Source of the DNA: Owenia fusiformis | Lineage: Eukaryota | Direction: 5' to 3' | Length of the DNA: 64,000 nucleotides | Assembly: GCA_903813345.2 (NCBI GenBank) | Contig: CAIIXF020000001.1 | Coordinates: forward strand, 38,192,001 to 38,256,000 | Shown: positions 53,251-64,000 of the stretch, one piece after another | How positions within the stretch are numbered: position 1 is the stretch's first letter | Layout: the number at the start of each line of letters is the position of its first letter | Program-made: the position numbers and the translations under genes | Notes under the pieces: model-generated | What the model saw: only the letters and a program-made list of their open reading frames with translations | Databases searched by the model: none | What the model was told of the DNA's origin: nothing

Positions 53251-55318
53251 TAACAAGTTATCATAAGCAGATTTCTTTTCAGGGTATTCAACGGCGATGT
53301 AGGACTTGAAATCTGCGTCACACATCCCGGACACACATTTCCTCGGATATTCTCAAATAAGCAGTTATACCTGTTTGCATGTTTTACTTTTGATTTGATT
53401 TGATTGTTTAAATTAGATAAAGTCTTTCAAATGCGGTCAAATGTCACCAGTATCTGGAGGGTTGAGACTTTATTTAGGAATTAAATTAGAATAAGTATAA
53501 CGTTGATCTTATTGATTTATTTTCTAAACCATTTTCCGTTTTGTCGCATGAGTTAGAAATAACTTGATTCCAGCTAAAATAGATAATGCGTTGCAATCAT
53601 TTAAAGATTATCCTTCTGTTGTTTGTAACCATATTAATTAATGAGCATATGTTTAGAGGTGCATGCGGGGGTGCTTGCCGTTTTATTTTGCCATCTACAT
53701 TTTATATTATCAGCTCTTATCTTGATACATGTATGTTGAGAATTCTTCAGAGACAACTCCCAGACACTATCATGGACCGACTAAACACTTTAAAGTATAA
53801 GTAGCGGCCTGCTTTTGCCATGGGGATTTTTATTGCATAACTATGAAATTAGACTGTTAAAGGCAGACAAATTGCAAGCAAAATCAGATCAGATTATTTT
53901 GCCATCTACAATTTATATTGTTATCTGTCTTGATAAGTTGAGAATTCTTCAAGGATATCTCCGAGAAACTAACATGGACTGGCTACATTATTCATTACCT
54001 GCTTTTGCCGGGGGGGGGGGGTCAGGCCCGCCAGAAACCTGTCTTCAAGGGGGTGCGATTTTACCCCCCCCCCCGTGGGCCTAATCCGTTTCTATTTCCC
54101 TACCCAACATGGACTGAGTGCGTGTTTGCGTGGGTGAAGGGTTTGGTATAATTGGGTTTCTTGAGAAGGGCAGTCAGAAATGGCAGTCTTGGCAGTCAGA
54201 AATTATTTACGCCACCCCTTCCCCTTTATCAAATGCTCATGACTTGAAATGCTGAACTATGCTTTATGTGCATTGCAACAATATCAAAATCAGAATTACG
54301 CATTGTTTTCTAGTAACATTCAACAAAAACAAACGTTCAACAAATTGAGACGTCTGATTGCTTATTCCAGCGACCGTTTCCCGTCATTACATTGCAATGA
54401 CATTGTTGGCAGAGGAAATCGAGTCTGTATTGATCTGTATTGTATTGAATATGTGATTATATAGATAAAAGGAAGTGAGAGGAAAAGCAACTTTTGAGAA
54501 ATCGAAATTATTTGATACCATTCGCACAGGCATTCAATAGGCAAGTTTTTTTTATTTATTTCATTCCTATCCAACAGCAATCATCCATGACTTTTGACAA
54601 AGTGAAATCAACTATTCAGGCTTCATGATCTTGTGGAACTTCAATAAGGGAACGAAGGTTTTATCCTCATTATAAACAAATGCAAGAACCTTGAAGTATA
54701 TTAATCCTTAATAATCTAGGAACTGTTTGGGAGGGGGTCTTATATCTATGTCACTCCACCACAAGTAGACACATTTGTCTCCAACTTTTTTTTGTGGACG
54801 ATCGATGTTTGGCGGTTGGTGTTTGACGTTTGGCATCTGTAACAAAATGTAATCACACAGGCAGATTAATAGTACTTTGAGTAATGATTATTATAGATTA
54901 TACCTAGGATGATCCTAGGTTATACATGTAGTGTCATCTTGTTCATGGGAATCAACTTGAATCGCATAAGCCGACATTTGACAGCAGTTTGATTTTTCAT
55001 CGAACATAATTGCAATCAATTTCCATGATATTTGGAAAGAGCAAACATTTTGAAAGCAAATGTAATCAAGTTTCGGGATTTCTGATATAGTTCAATCAAG
55101 CTTTGAAGAAATTAACTTCATTTCCCCATTGTATCCTCAGAAAATTAAACTAAGTGGAGACATTACATATGTATACTGTTTTGTAATTTCAAATTGATAT
55201 CATATTACGCCTTTAGTGTAGGCTACGTGGCGCAATTGTAATTATTCTCAATTATCCATTTAAAATGCAACTGTATTCTAAGATCCAAGGCCTGCACTTT
55301 ATTGTGTTCAGTACTATG

Positions 55319-55539
55319 CAAAGGCGTAGTGAGGGGGGATGGGTGCGACCCCGATAACCAATAAAATAGAACCATTGGATAGAAGAAACGAGCTTTAAAT
55401 TGAAAGCGTCTAGCTCACTTTTGAAGGCAGTTGCATCAATTTTTGTAAAATTCAAAACAAATCTTGAAAAAATTGGTTTTTGCCGTGCTCATGCCACGAT
55501 CGCCCCCGGCAACCTGACTGAAAGCTGGCTACGCCCCCG
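55319..55539. mobile_element. GGCGTAGCC-family MITE (related copies at about 48415-48636, 62540-62759 and 63817-end)
   Basis: CAAAGGCGTAG...GGCTACGCCCCCG; flanks CTATG/CTGTG (4 of 5 match). Confidence 0.6.
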
Positions 55540-57613
55540 CTGTGTATTAAAATAACTCGCGACTTTTTGCTGGGAAGAGCGTCTGGGGACCAATATGACG
55601 CTAGCTTTTCCTACTTTTAATTTGAAAATTGAGAAATTGAATCATTATCAGGTCATAGAGTGTTATGCATCGTACATGTGCATGTACAATGTCCAGTTGG
55701 AACTGATAATTTTAAATTTCCGCTAATCACTTTGAAGCAAGTTAAAAGATCTCATCCTGAGAACTTGTAGATTTTATGGTCAATATTTGAAGAAACTTGC
55801 AAAAACGTTGGAAGCGGTTGCCCTCGCCCTCCCGCCCCGGCCTCAAAACCTTTCAAACCATGCAATTTTTCACCATTCTGATCACTTTTCGCATGATTTT
55901 TTGCCAAAACTGTCAAAAGTTACTCTCCTTGGCAATAGCCCCCCCCCCTTCATTGGAAAAAACTTGCTACGGGCAAGACAGTACATACAGTACATGCACG
56001 ACGCATGCAGTACATTCACCGGGGTACCCTGGCTTAATTTAAATGCATATTTGCAGACGATGAAGAAAAAAGATTATACTTGTTTATAAAACAATTTTAA
56101 GAAATCAAAATATCCTGTTTGTGCCGGAAAGAGATCGCCGTATAGTTACTGATCAAAGATGTCAAATTGTGGGAATCGTGAATAATGACCGTTCAGACCA
56201 GTTTTTAAAATACCAACCACCGAACTCCGAACACAAACCATCTAACACCGTCCACAAGAAGTTGGAGACTATAACAATATGTCATTTGTCTCACCGATTC
56301 TGATGGTGACACAATAATAACCCTTACATCCTCTCATGGATATACGAGCAGTCTTATATCCAATATCCAGTCTCATAATAATCAGAGGCATATTAATAAT
56401 TTTTCATTTGACTTTATACGCCTCTGTTATAAACATGGACGTTTATCCCGGTCAGATTATTCCCGGTCAATCATCATGCTACATGCAGGTAGCCATGCAC
56501 AAAGATGTGAAAAAAACTGTCACAAGAAATGAAAACAAGAATTTTGTAAAGCAACTATAAGTCAAAAATTCAAAAAAAATCAACAACAAAGCAACATAAT
56601 TAACCGTTGAAAACGAAACGAAATAGTACACGCTCGGGTACAAGTTCTTTTAAAAACGTGTAACTCAACCTTCTTATAAAACAAAGCAAAGGAAATGTAA
56701 AGCTAGCGTTAAATCGTGGAATTAACAGCCTTTACTACTTTTTGAATATGAAGACTCTCTCTTTCAAGCATTCTAGTGCTTGGCTCTGATAAAAAATCAG
56801 AATGCTAGCTCTAATAAATAAAAATGTATAAACTTAAATATAGTACGCAAAATTCCTAAAGATTAATTATTCGAAATGAATGTAGAGCTCGCCATCAAAA
56901 TTGTCATCATCACTGTCAACAGACCTAAGCCAACTATTTATGAATACCTGGAAGATAAATTTAACCCTTAATTATTAACTTTTAAGTGTTAACAATAAAA
57001 CAAGAAACTACATGCATAACATGAAGTATAAACACCCGGGTATAAACGCATTGTTGGGCGCCGAGGTAGCATTCGCCAATTCAACTGACGGCTGACAGAT
57101 TACCCTTATGTATCTAATAGTTATGCAAATTAAAATATGTCCAAGTCATTTAAATATGAATAGTGACTGTCACGTTAAAAACTAGGTTAAACCACCAGCC
57201 GACATCTGGCAGGTGAATTCAACTCATTTAACTCATGAGTAGTACCTGCCACTATAAGTAATTGAGTTTACCACTGATAAAAAGTAGGTTAAACCACCAG
57301 CCGGCAGCTGAATTCATGAATGCAACCTTAGTTCTGAATTATTTCGGAGCTGTTTCTGCTGAATCCCAGGATGCGTTTTACACCTTTCCTGAGTGAAGAC
57401 CCCCCGCTTTTCTCTACGTTGTGTCCTCCTCGCATGTGTCCATGCATAACCCCAAACTTCACATGTCCGTCATGTCTGCAGCATTCCATTCATTGAAAGA
57501 ACCTGTAAAAAAGAATATAATATTTAGCAGATGAGATATCAAATGGTGACTGAGACATCAAATGTTTGAACCACGGGTCTGGGTTAAATATTGTACTTGC
57601 TTAAATTACTGTA

Positions 57614-60493
57614 CGAGGGGTGATCCAAAAGTCTTGGACGCCCTGCTCTATTTTTGTTGGTTTTTGATAAAATTACTTTAAACTTTCTAATAATAAAGAC
57701 CAACAACCTAACTACTTTGTGTATTAATTTCATGGAGAAATGATATATTTTATATAATTTTCTAGATAGTTTTGAATACAGGGACCCTGCCACCCGGAAC
57801 GGTATTCGCATATGGCAACTTTCAGCCTTAAATGTTGCCGCCATTTCACTTGTTTCCCAAGCCTTGACCACTATATTTCTTTGAATTTTGAATGTTAAAC
57901 CATGTTAGTTTACTTCCTTTGTTACAAGGCAACCAATTAATTGTGTTTTAATTATAATGTCACATATGACAATGGCCGTACATGCTATGCTCTAAGAAAA
58001 TGCCATCAGACAAGCAACCCTCATTCTGGTATCATTTTTGCTGCAAGATGGCTGCTTAAATGCAGAACATGAAAGCAATCAAAATGGAACAAAGGCCAAA
58101 ATGCCCTAATACGTCACTTCCGCTGAATAGAAAAAAGTAGTATTCAAAAATAAATGTAGTCCCAACACAATTGTGATCATGACGAGTCAGTAAGCTAGTA
58201 TGTAGGCACAGTTGTAATCTTTTTGCAATGGCAACATGCCATTTCTTCTGAAAATGCGTTTATTTGGGTTATCTGAAGGAAAATTTCGAGTCAAGTGGCG
58301 TATTAATTTTGCCTTCATTTTTGTGAATTTCAATTTGTGTCTGCAGAGAGAGGGGGTAGTGTCACAATTGACCAATTATTTCAAAAAGTAGATGATTGGC
58401 CCCTATTGAGTTTAGTGTCAAGATGTAGCTTAGACATAGCTTTAGAACCTCAGATAGGCCAGTGAGGCCACATAAATCTATAACTCGAGATAAAAAGTCA
58501 GGCGTTTGCCCTTTTGCCCATTGACTAGTATGGTGACGTGAATTAGGGCAGTTTTGCCTATTAGTCACATGTGAAAGTGACCAAAATTTTTTAAAACTAC
58601 TCAGAATCGCCCAGAATTGAAGTTTATTAGTGTGAAACATATTTTGGACGGAGGCAAAAAGGGGAATTTTCATGAACAAATTTAATGTTTTTGCTGAATC
58701 AGCAGTTTTCGCTTTTTACCCCAAAAACCACTGATTTTGACGATATTTGGCTACAATTTTGTCCTTAGTGACCCCTAAATGTCATTTGTTGTCGTAAATG
58801 GGGAAGCCAACGAGTTGCTATTCATCATAAAGATTGAATTTTCCATCTTATGGTTTCCAGTATAGAAAGAAGGTACATATCGAGGGTGCAGTCAGAAATT
58901 GGTGAGTTAAGTGTCAATTTTTGATGTATTTGTTCACTCTAAATGACTACATTCGAGCTAAAAAATATCTCAAAAGTCCCAATTCTCTAGGCCAGAGTCA
59001 AAACTGATCAAATTTGTCATCATTTTTCAAATCAGGAGGTTGTTGAATGGAATAAAGTATGAAAAAGTGATGATTTTAGTAAGGTTTTGCCAAAAAGTGG
59101 GCCAAATTTGTCCAATTTTCTGGTTCACGGTTCAGTGATTTTGGCTAAAAATCGCAATATGCAATAAAATACTCAATTTCTTGACACGATACTGAAAAAT
59201 GTCACCATCAGGCAATGGATTTCATGATGTAAATGAAAAACTAGTCAAATATCAAGGAAAACCATTGGGTTCTTGGAAAGATGACCCCAGGGGTAATGAA
59301 GTAGCCATATTTTTCATAATTGCTGTCAGAATATTCTTAAACTGCACAAAACTACTTGAAAAACTCTAGTAAATTGGAAAAACGCAATTTAAAGCCAGAA
59401 ATCATCCAACCATGTGGCTATTAGGCCAAAATGCCCTAATACGTCACTTCCGCTGAATAGAAAAAAGTAGTATTCAAAAATAAATGTAGTCCCAACACAA
59501 TTGTGATCATGACGAGTCAGTAAGCTAGTATGTAGGCACAGTTGTAATCTTTTTGCAATGGCAACATGCCATTTCTTCTGAAAATGCGTTTATTTGGGTT
59601 ATCTGAAGGAAAATTTCGAGTCAAGTGGCGTATTAATTTTGCCTTCATTTTTGTGAATTTCAATTTGTGTCTGCAGAGAGAGGGGGTAGTGTCACAATTG
59701 ACCAATTATTTCAAAAAGTAGATGATTGGCCCCTATTGAGTTTAGTGTCAAGATGTAGCTTAGACATAGCTTTAGAACCTCAGATAGGCCAGTGAGGCCA
59801 CATAAATCTATAACTCGAGATAAAAAGTCAGGCGTTTGCCCTTTTGCCCATTGACTAGTATGGTGACGTGAATTAGGGCAGTTTTGCCAAAGAATACTAC
59901 AAGATATTTTCACTATTATTGACCTTGAGCAGCTACCATATGCACGATACAGTCTCTGTTTAATTTTCTTCCTTTTCTCCAAGTTGAAAGGAGAGTTGAA
60001 AAAAATGTTTTTTACTCATTGGATGAGGTTGAGAGTGGCACTCCAGCAGCATTTGTATCACATAATCAATGGTGGTGTCATAAATGTCTTTCATTCATTA
60101 CTAAAGTGGTATGAAAAATGTGTTCAAATTCGTGGAAAATATGTTGAAAAGTAGGTCTTAATATGTGAAAATGATGATGGCAGATGACACTCAGATTGAA
60201 AATCGAAAATTCTCTCATATCATGGCTGGTTTAGGTTGTGAACCTGAAACTAAAGTATTTGCCATATTATAACAGTTGTGACGTGATTTGCTAAAATTAA
60301 ATACCGTTCCGGGTGGAAGGGACCTGGTATTAAAAGATATTTAGAAAAGTAGTTAAAGTATATTATTTTTTTGTTGAAACTTATACACAAAGTTGTTCAG
60401 ATCTTGATCTTTATTATCTGAAAGTTTCATGTAATTATATTAGAAAATAGCAAAGTTAGAGCGGGGCGTCCAAGACTTTTGGATCACCCCTCG
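57614..60493 (+). mobile_element. Degenerate mariner element with about 200-bp TIRs
   Basis: TA|CGAGGGGTGATCCAAAAGTCTTGGACGCCC...|TA; 59891-60154 encodes EQLPYARYS...FLFSKLKGEL...KWYEKCVQIRGKYVEK* (mariner C-terminus). Confidence 0.9.
58094..59888. mobile_element. Composite insert: two apparently identical 465-bp TIR-bearing units (58094-58558, 59424-59888) flanking 865 bp
   Basis: each unit runs GGCCAAAATGCCCTAATACGTCAC...GTGACGTGAATTAGGGCAGTTTTGCC; AAA on both outer flanks; ORF track gives identical 62-aa translations in both units. Confidence 0.88.
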
Positions 60494-61551
60494 TATATAA
60501 GATGGGGCATGCAAGCTCGATTGTTTCTTCTGTGTTTGTTTTTACCCTAGCTTGCAAGATGAGTTTGAATTATTACCTGACGGGAGATGAAGAATTTACC
60601 ATTGGCCTTATTTTACAATTATATTAGGCACAGTACACAATTTTTTTCAAAAGTAAAATAACAGTTACTATCTAGTTTTGGATTTGACGATCTGTGGAAC
60701 TATAGAGTAAATTCTGCTTCTTTCTGCTTTTAGCATTGGCAAACGTATTTTAAATATTAAAAGGAAACTAATTAATGTATGAACGATTGCCTTTCCCGGG
60801 GCTAATGACTATGACCGAATCACACTGAACGAAATGCTGTTAATGAACTGAGCGTCTTCTTTTTGAACGATTAAAATCATTGTGAACAAATGAAGCTCCT
60901 CATTTTCAATTTGACTACTTCAGGCATCGGTTTTCCCAATCAAAAGTTTGTTCAAAAAGAATGTTCTTACTACTATGGATATCTTAAAAATGAATGTGAA
61001 CTCAATGAATTTAAGGATTTCTGTATTATAGGCTAACTGGTTTGTGAAATATTTATTCTTTTATTGTAAATGATTTTGCGAAGTTTGTTTTCTCTATTTT
61101 GAGAGTACGCCTGTGTGTGCATGTAGCTACAGTAACTCTAGTTGAATGCATATGATACTGTACAGAAAATAATTAATTACCCGTTTTTTATTAGTATTCT
61201 AGTATTAGTATATCCATGGGTCTCTTAAAAGCCCATGGTATATCTGTTGGCGGTGATGATGAAAATGCAACGTTCCACTTCCAAAAACTTACTTAATTGC
61301 CAGAAAGATTAATTTGTTTTCCATGTTGCACTGTACAATCGTATTATTAAGTTAGGGTTATACGTCCTTTGTTCTGTGTCACCCTTCAAAACCGGGGAAA
61401 TCTCTTGTACAAAAAACAGACTTCAAGTACATCAATTTTATTTTGGCATAAATCTAACGTAGATATTTTTATTTCAGGTTAAGCAGCATTACAATTACAA
61501 TTATAACTACAAAGCTCAATTTACCTGATTTAACAGGGTTGTACATATTAA

Positions 61552-61927
61552 TTTTCTGCCAAGAGTATCAGACGAATCAAATCATGATTTAATATCACTT
61601 AATCACGTGGTTCTAACTCCCCAGGGCGTATCGAAACTAAAACGCCCCCCAAACCCATTAATTTGAATTTCAAATCTACCCTGTCTTTGGAAAATCAATG
61701 ATTGTGGGTCTCAAACAACACCATTTTTCTTCAAACTTGTTCCATTAAATTTCCTTCACAGAAATACCTTTTCAGTCGAGACATTGCTTTTGTTTACAAA
61801 GTCCCTCGTTTTAGCGGCGTTTTGGTCCCCAGATGTGAGAAGTTTCGATACGCCCCGGTGAGTTAGTACCGCGTGATTAAGTGAAATTAAATCATGATTT
61901 GATTCGTCTGATACTCTTGGCAGAAAA
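61552..61927. mobile_element. TTAA-flanked MITE with about 90-bp TIRs
   Basis: TTTTCTGCCAAGAGTATCAGACGAATC... is inverted at 61840-61927; TTAA on both sides. Confidence 0.75.
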
Positions 61928-61999
61928 TTAATATTAATAATTAATATGCCGAGTGAACGAAGATGAAATTGTAATGTATTCACATGGAAATAATGTGAT

Positions 62000-62101
62000 A
62001 TACAATACAATACAATATAATACAATACAATACAATACAATACAATACAATACAATACAATACAATACAATACAATACAATACAATACAATACAATACAA
62101 T
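62000..62101. repeat. (TACAA)n microsatellite, about 20 copies
   Basis: direct reading of the sequence. Confidence 0.97.
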
Positions 62102-63514
62102 TAATACCATGTTTGTAGGGCGTACATTCCAGTTTCTAAATATGATTACACATTTAAGACATGCATGCAGTGATATTGTTTGGATAGTTACCGACCAGTC
62201 ATTCGCGTACGTAGATGAAGAAACAAAGACAGTTTCAAAGAGAAACGGAAGACAGTACATCATACATGTCTAGTTAAAAAACAATATTTATAATCTGAAA
62301 ATCTGTATTTTTGAAGACATTTTGGGGATGAAAATCTGTTTTTCGTCTTCGGGATTCAGCTAAAAAGTAATTGGAGAAAAATCACGGTTACAAAACTGAA
62401 TCAACAATTCTAAAAAATTCGGATTTCTAAAAATATATCGGGATAAATCAAAACGGTTGAGATTACTTCATTTACAAGTTTATATCAAATTAGTTTTACA
62501 GTTAACATCAACGGTAATGTCTCAGAAACTTATATTGCCTTTGGGGATATTTCATTTGTGTGATCGTGGCATAAGCAACGACTAAGATTTGTTTTGAATT
62601 TACAAAAATGTATTTAACTTCATTCAAAATTGAGCTAGACGCTTCAAATAAAAAAACATTTTAAGGCTGTTCTCTTCCTCTATCATCATCGGCATATTTT
62701 CAATGGTTACGGGGGAGGGTGCGATCGCACCATGGCACCACCTCCTGGCTACGCCTATGACATTGTAAGACGTAACAATTTACACTTCAGTGGACGCTTC
62801 GTCGAAAATTGGGATAACTTAAATTATGCAATCAAAACCTCACACGTTGCATCATGTAAAATAACACACGTCCATTCTCTACTAAAGTAACGATAGCTAT
62901 TTACAGATTTAAATCACAATCGAAATAATTCACGTACCAATATACGAACTATTGAAAACACAGTATTCATTGATTTGCCATGTTTTCAAATATAAAAAGC
63001 TTTCTAATGATATTTAACTTAATATGTTATTAATATGTTAAATTTTCGTATTTTTTTGTTTTTCTGGGTACCCGGTTTTTTCGACTGGGTACCCGGTTTT
63101 CTCGACCGGGTACCGGGTACCAAGTTGGAACCCAGTATGGAGGATTTAGTACCCGGTACCCGGTACCCGGTTTTTTCTACAAACCCTTCCTAGCCGATCT
63201 CCTGTAATCAAGTTAAACATTCCCAGTTATGAAAACAATGAAATTGATATCACTGATTGATTGGACAAGTATTAGAAATTTGTCTCCAATTGTAATACAT
63301 ACATGTGTATCGTATTTTGAAATCTTGGGGATATGCATTAAGTGAAGCAAATCTGAAAAGTTTCATCTTAAACATAACCAAAATTAAGCACAGAGCTACA
63401 TTTTGCACTTTGGAACTTTCAACGTGTATCTAGTTTTTTGAATCTCAGGCCGCCGTACGACCCCCGTAGAGAAAATGTGCGCAAGGTTTAATTTTAATCT
63501 TACTGAATTATGTT

Positions 63515-63795
63515 AATTAGTTGCTTGGATGGTAGATTGATTGTTTGCTTGCTTATTTGCACGATTGATTGCTTGATTGACCGTTTACTTGCTTACATTC
63601 TTTCTTTGTTGCTTAGTTGCTTCCTTGGTTTCTTTGCTGGATTATAGTTTGATTAGTTACTTGATTGGTTGGTTTGTCGGTTGTTTGCTTGCTTTATTGG
63701 TAAGTTGCATGTTTTTTTACTTGCTTAGTTTCCTGCTTGCTTTGATGGTCGTTTGCTTGCTTGCTTGGTTGCGCCGTTGGTTGCTAGATTATTTA
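63515..63795. repeat. Degenerate (TTGC/TTGG/TTGA)n tetranucleotide tract
   Basis: direct reading; explains the spurious Leu-rich ORF at 63577. Confidence 0.8.
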
Positions 63796-64000
63796 TTTGA
63801 AACTTGTCTAAATATCCATAGGCTTAGCCAGGGGGGGGGGTTGAGAATAAGAATAAGACCCTGAGAAAGAGGAGAAAAAGAACTTTAAAGCTTTTTATTT
63901 GAAGCTTCTAGCTCAATTTGGAATGAAGTTGCATCTAATTTTGTAAAATTCAATATAAAAATCATTTTTTGGCTGGTTTATGTCACAATCTCACCCCCCG

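Larger units (their letters stand above)
51645..63186. mobile_element. 11.5-kb Mutator-like (MULE) non-autonomous element
   Basis: about 120-bp TIRs GGGTTTGTAGAAAAAACCGGGTACC... at both ends; 10-bp TSD TTCCTAGCCG at 51635-51644 and 63187-63196. Confidence 0.88.

Noticed and set aside
57330..57502. Minus-strand exon-like segment; one frame reads FFQ*MECCRH..., suggesting a Sec codon
   Set aside because: All three frames stop early, no SECIS or recognisable family was seen, and no partner coding exons were found; kept only as possible MULE cargo
61756..62273. YCIVL and NTIQY repeat ORFs
   Set aside because: Translations of the (TACAA)n microsatellite

Overview
AT-rich, intron-containing eukaryotic genomic DNA, most likely from a marine invertebrate animal (inference from gene content and transposon types; species not determinable). 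Four spliced host genes can be rebuilt from GT-AG junctions with consistent phases. (1) The 3' half of a poly(rC)-binding protein (PCBP/mub-type KH protein, +, 356-6239). (2) A complete GOSR2/membrin (-, 14095-17039, 214 aa). (3) Head-to-head with GOSR2, a Schlafen-like AlbA_2 gene (+, 19645-21462, 426 aa) that unusually ends in a coiled coil, a polybasic patch and a CaaX box (CAIM). (4) A GPI-type folate-receptor-family gene (-, 30799-40054, 276 aa). The rest is densely packed with transposons, many with ends and target-site duplications (TSDs) readable directly. These include a very young gag-only LTR element; a CACTGTG-ended, 5-bp-TSD Transib/RAG-like relic holding a 9-bp-TSD MITE that holds a LINE; an 11.5-kb Mutator-like element with a 10-bp TSD and no visible transposase; a MITE-cargo-MITE composite inside a mariner relic; a 3.8-kb foldback element at a splice donor; a Harbinger relic; many MITEs; and a 32-bp minisatellite. 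No rRNA, tRNA gene or CRISPR array was seen. Family assignments come from motif recognition by eye and need database confirmation.
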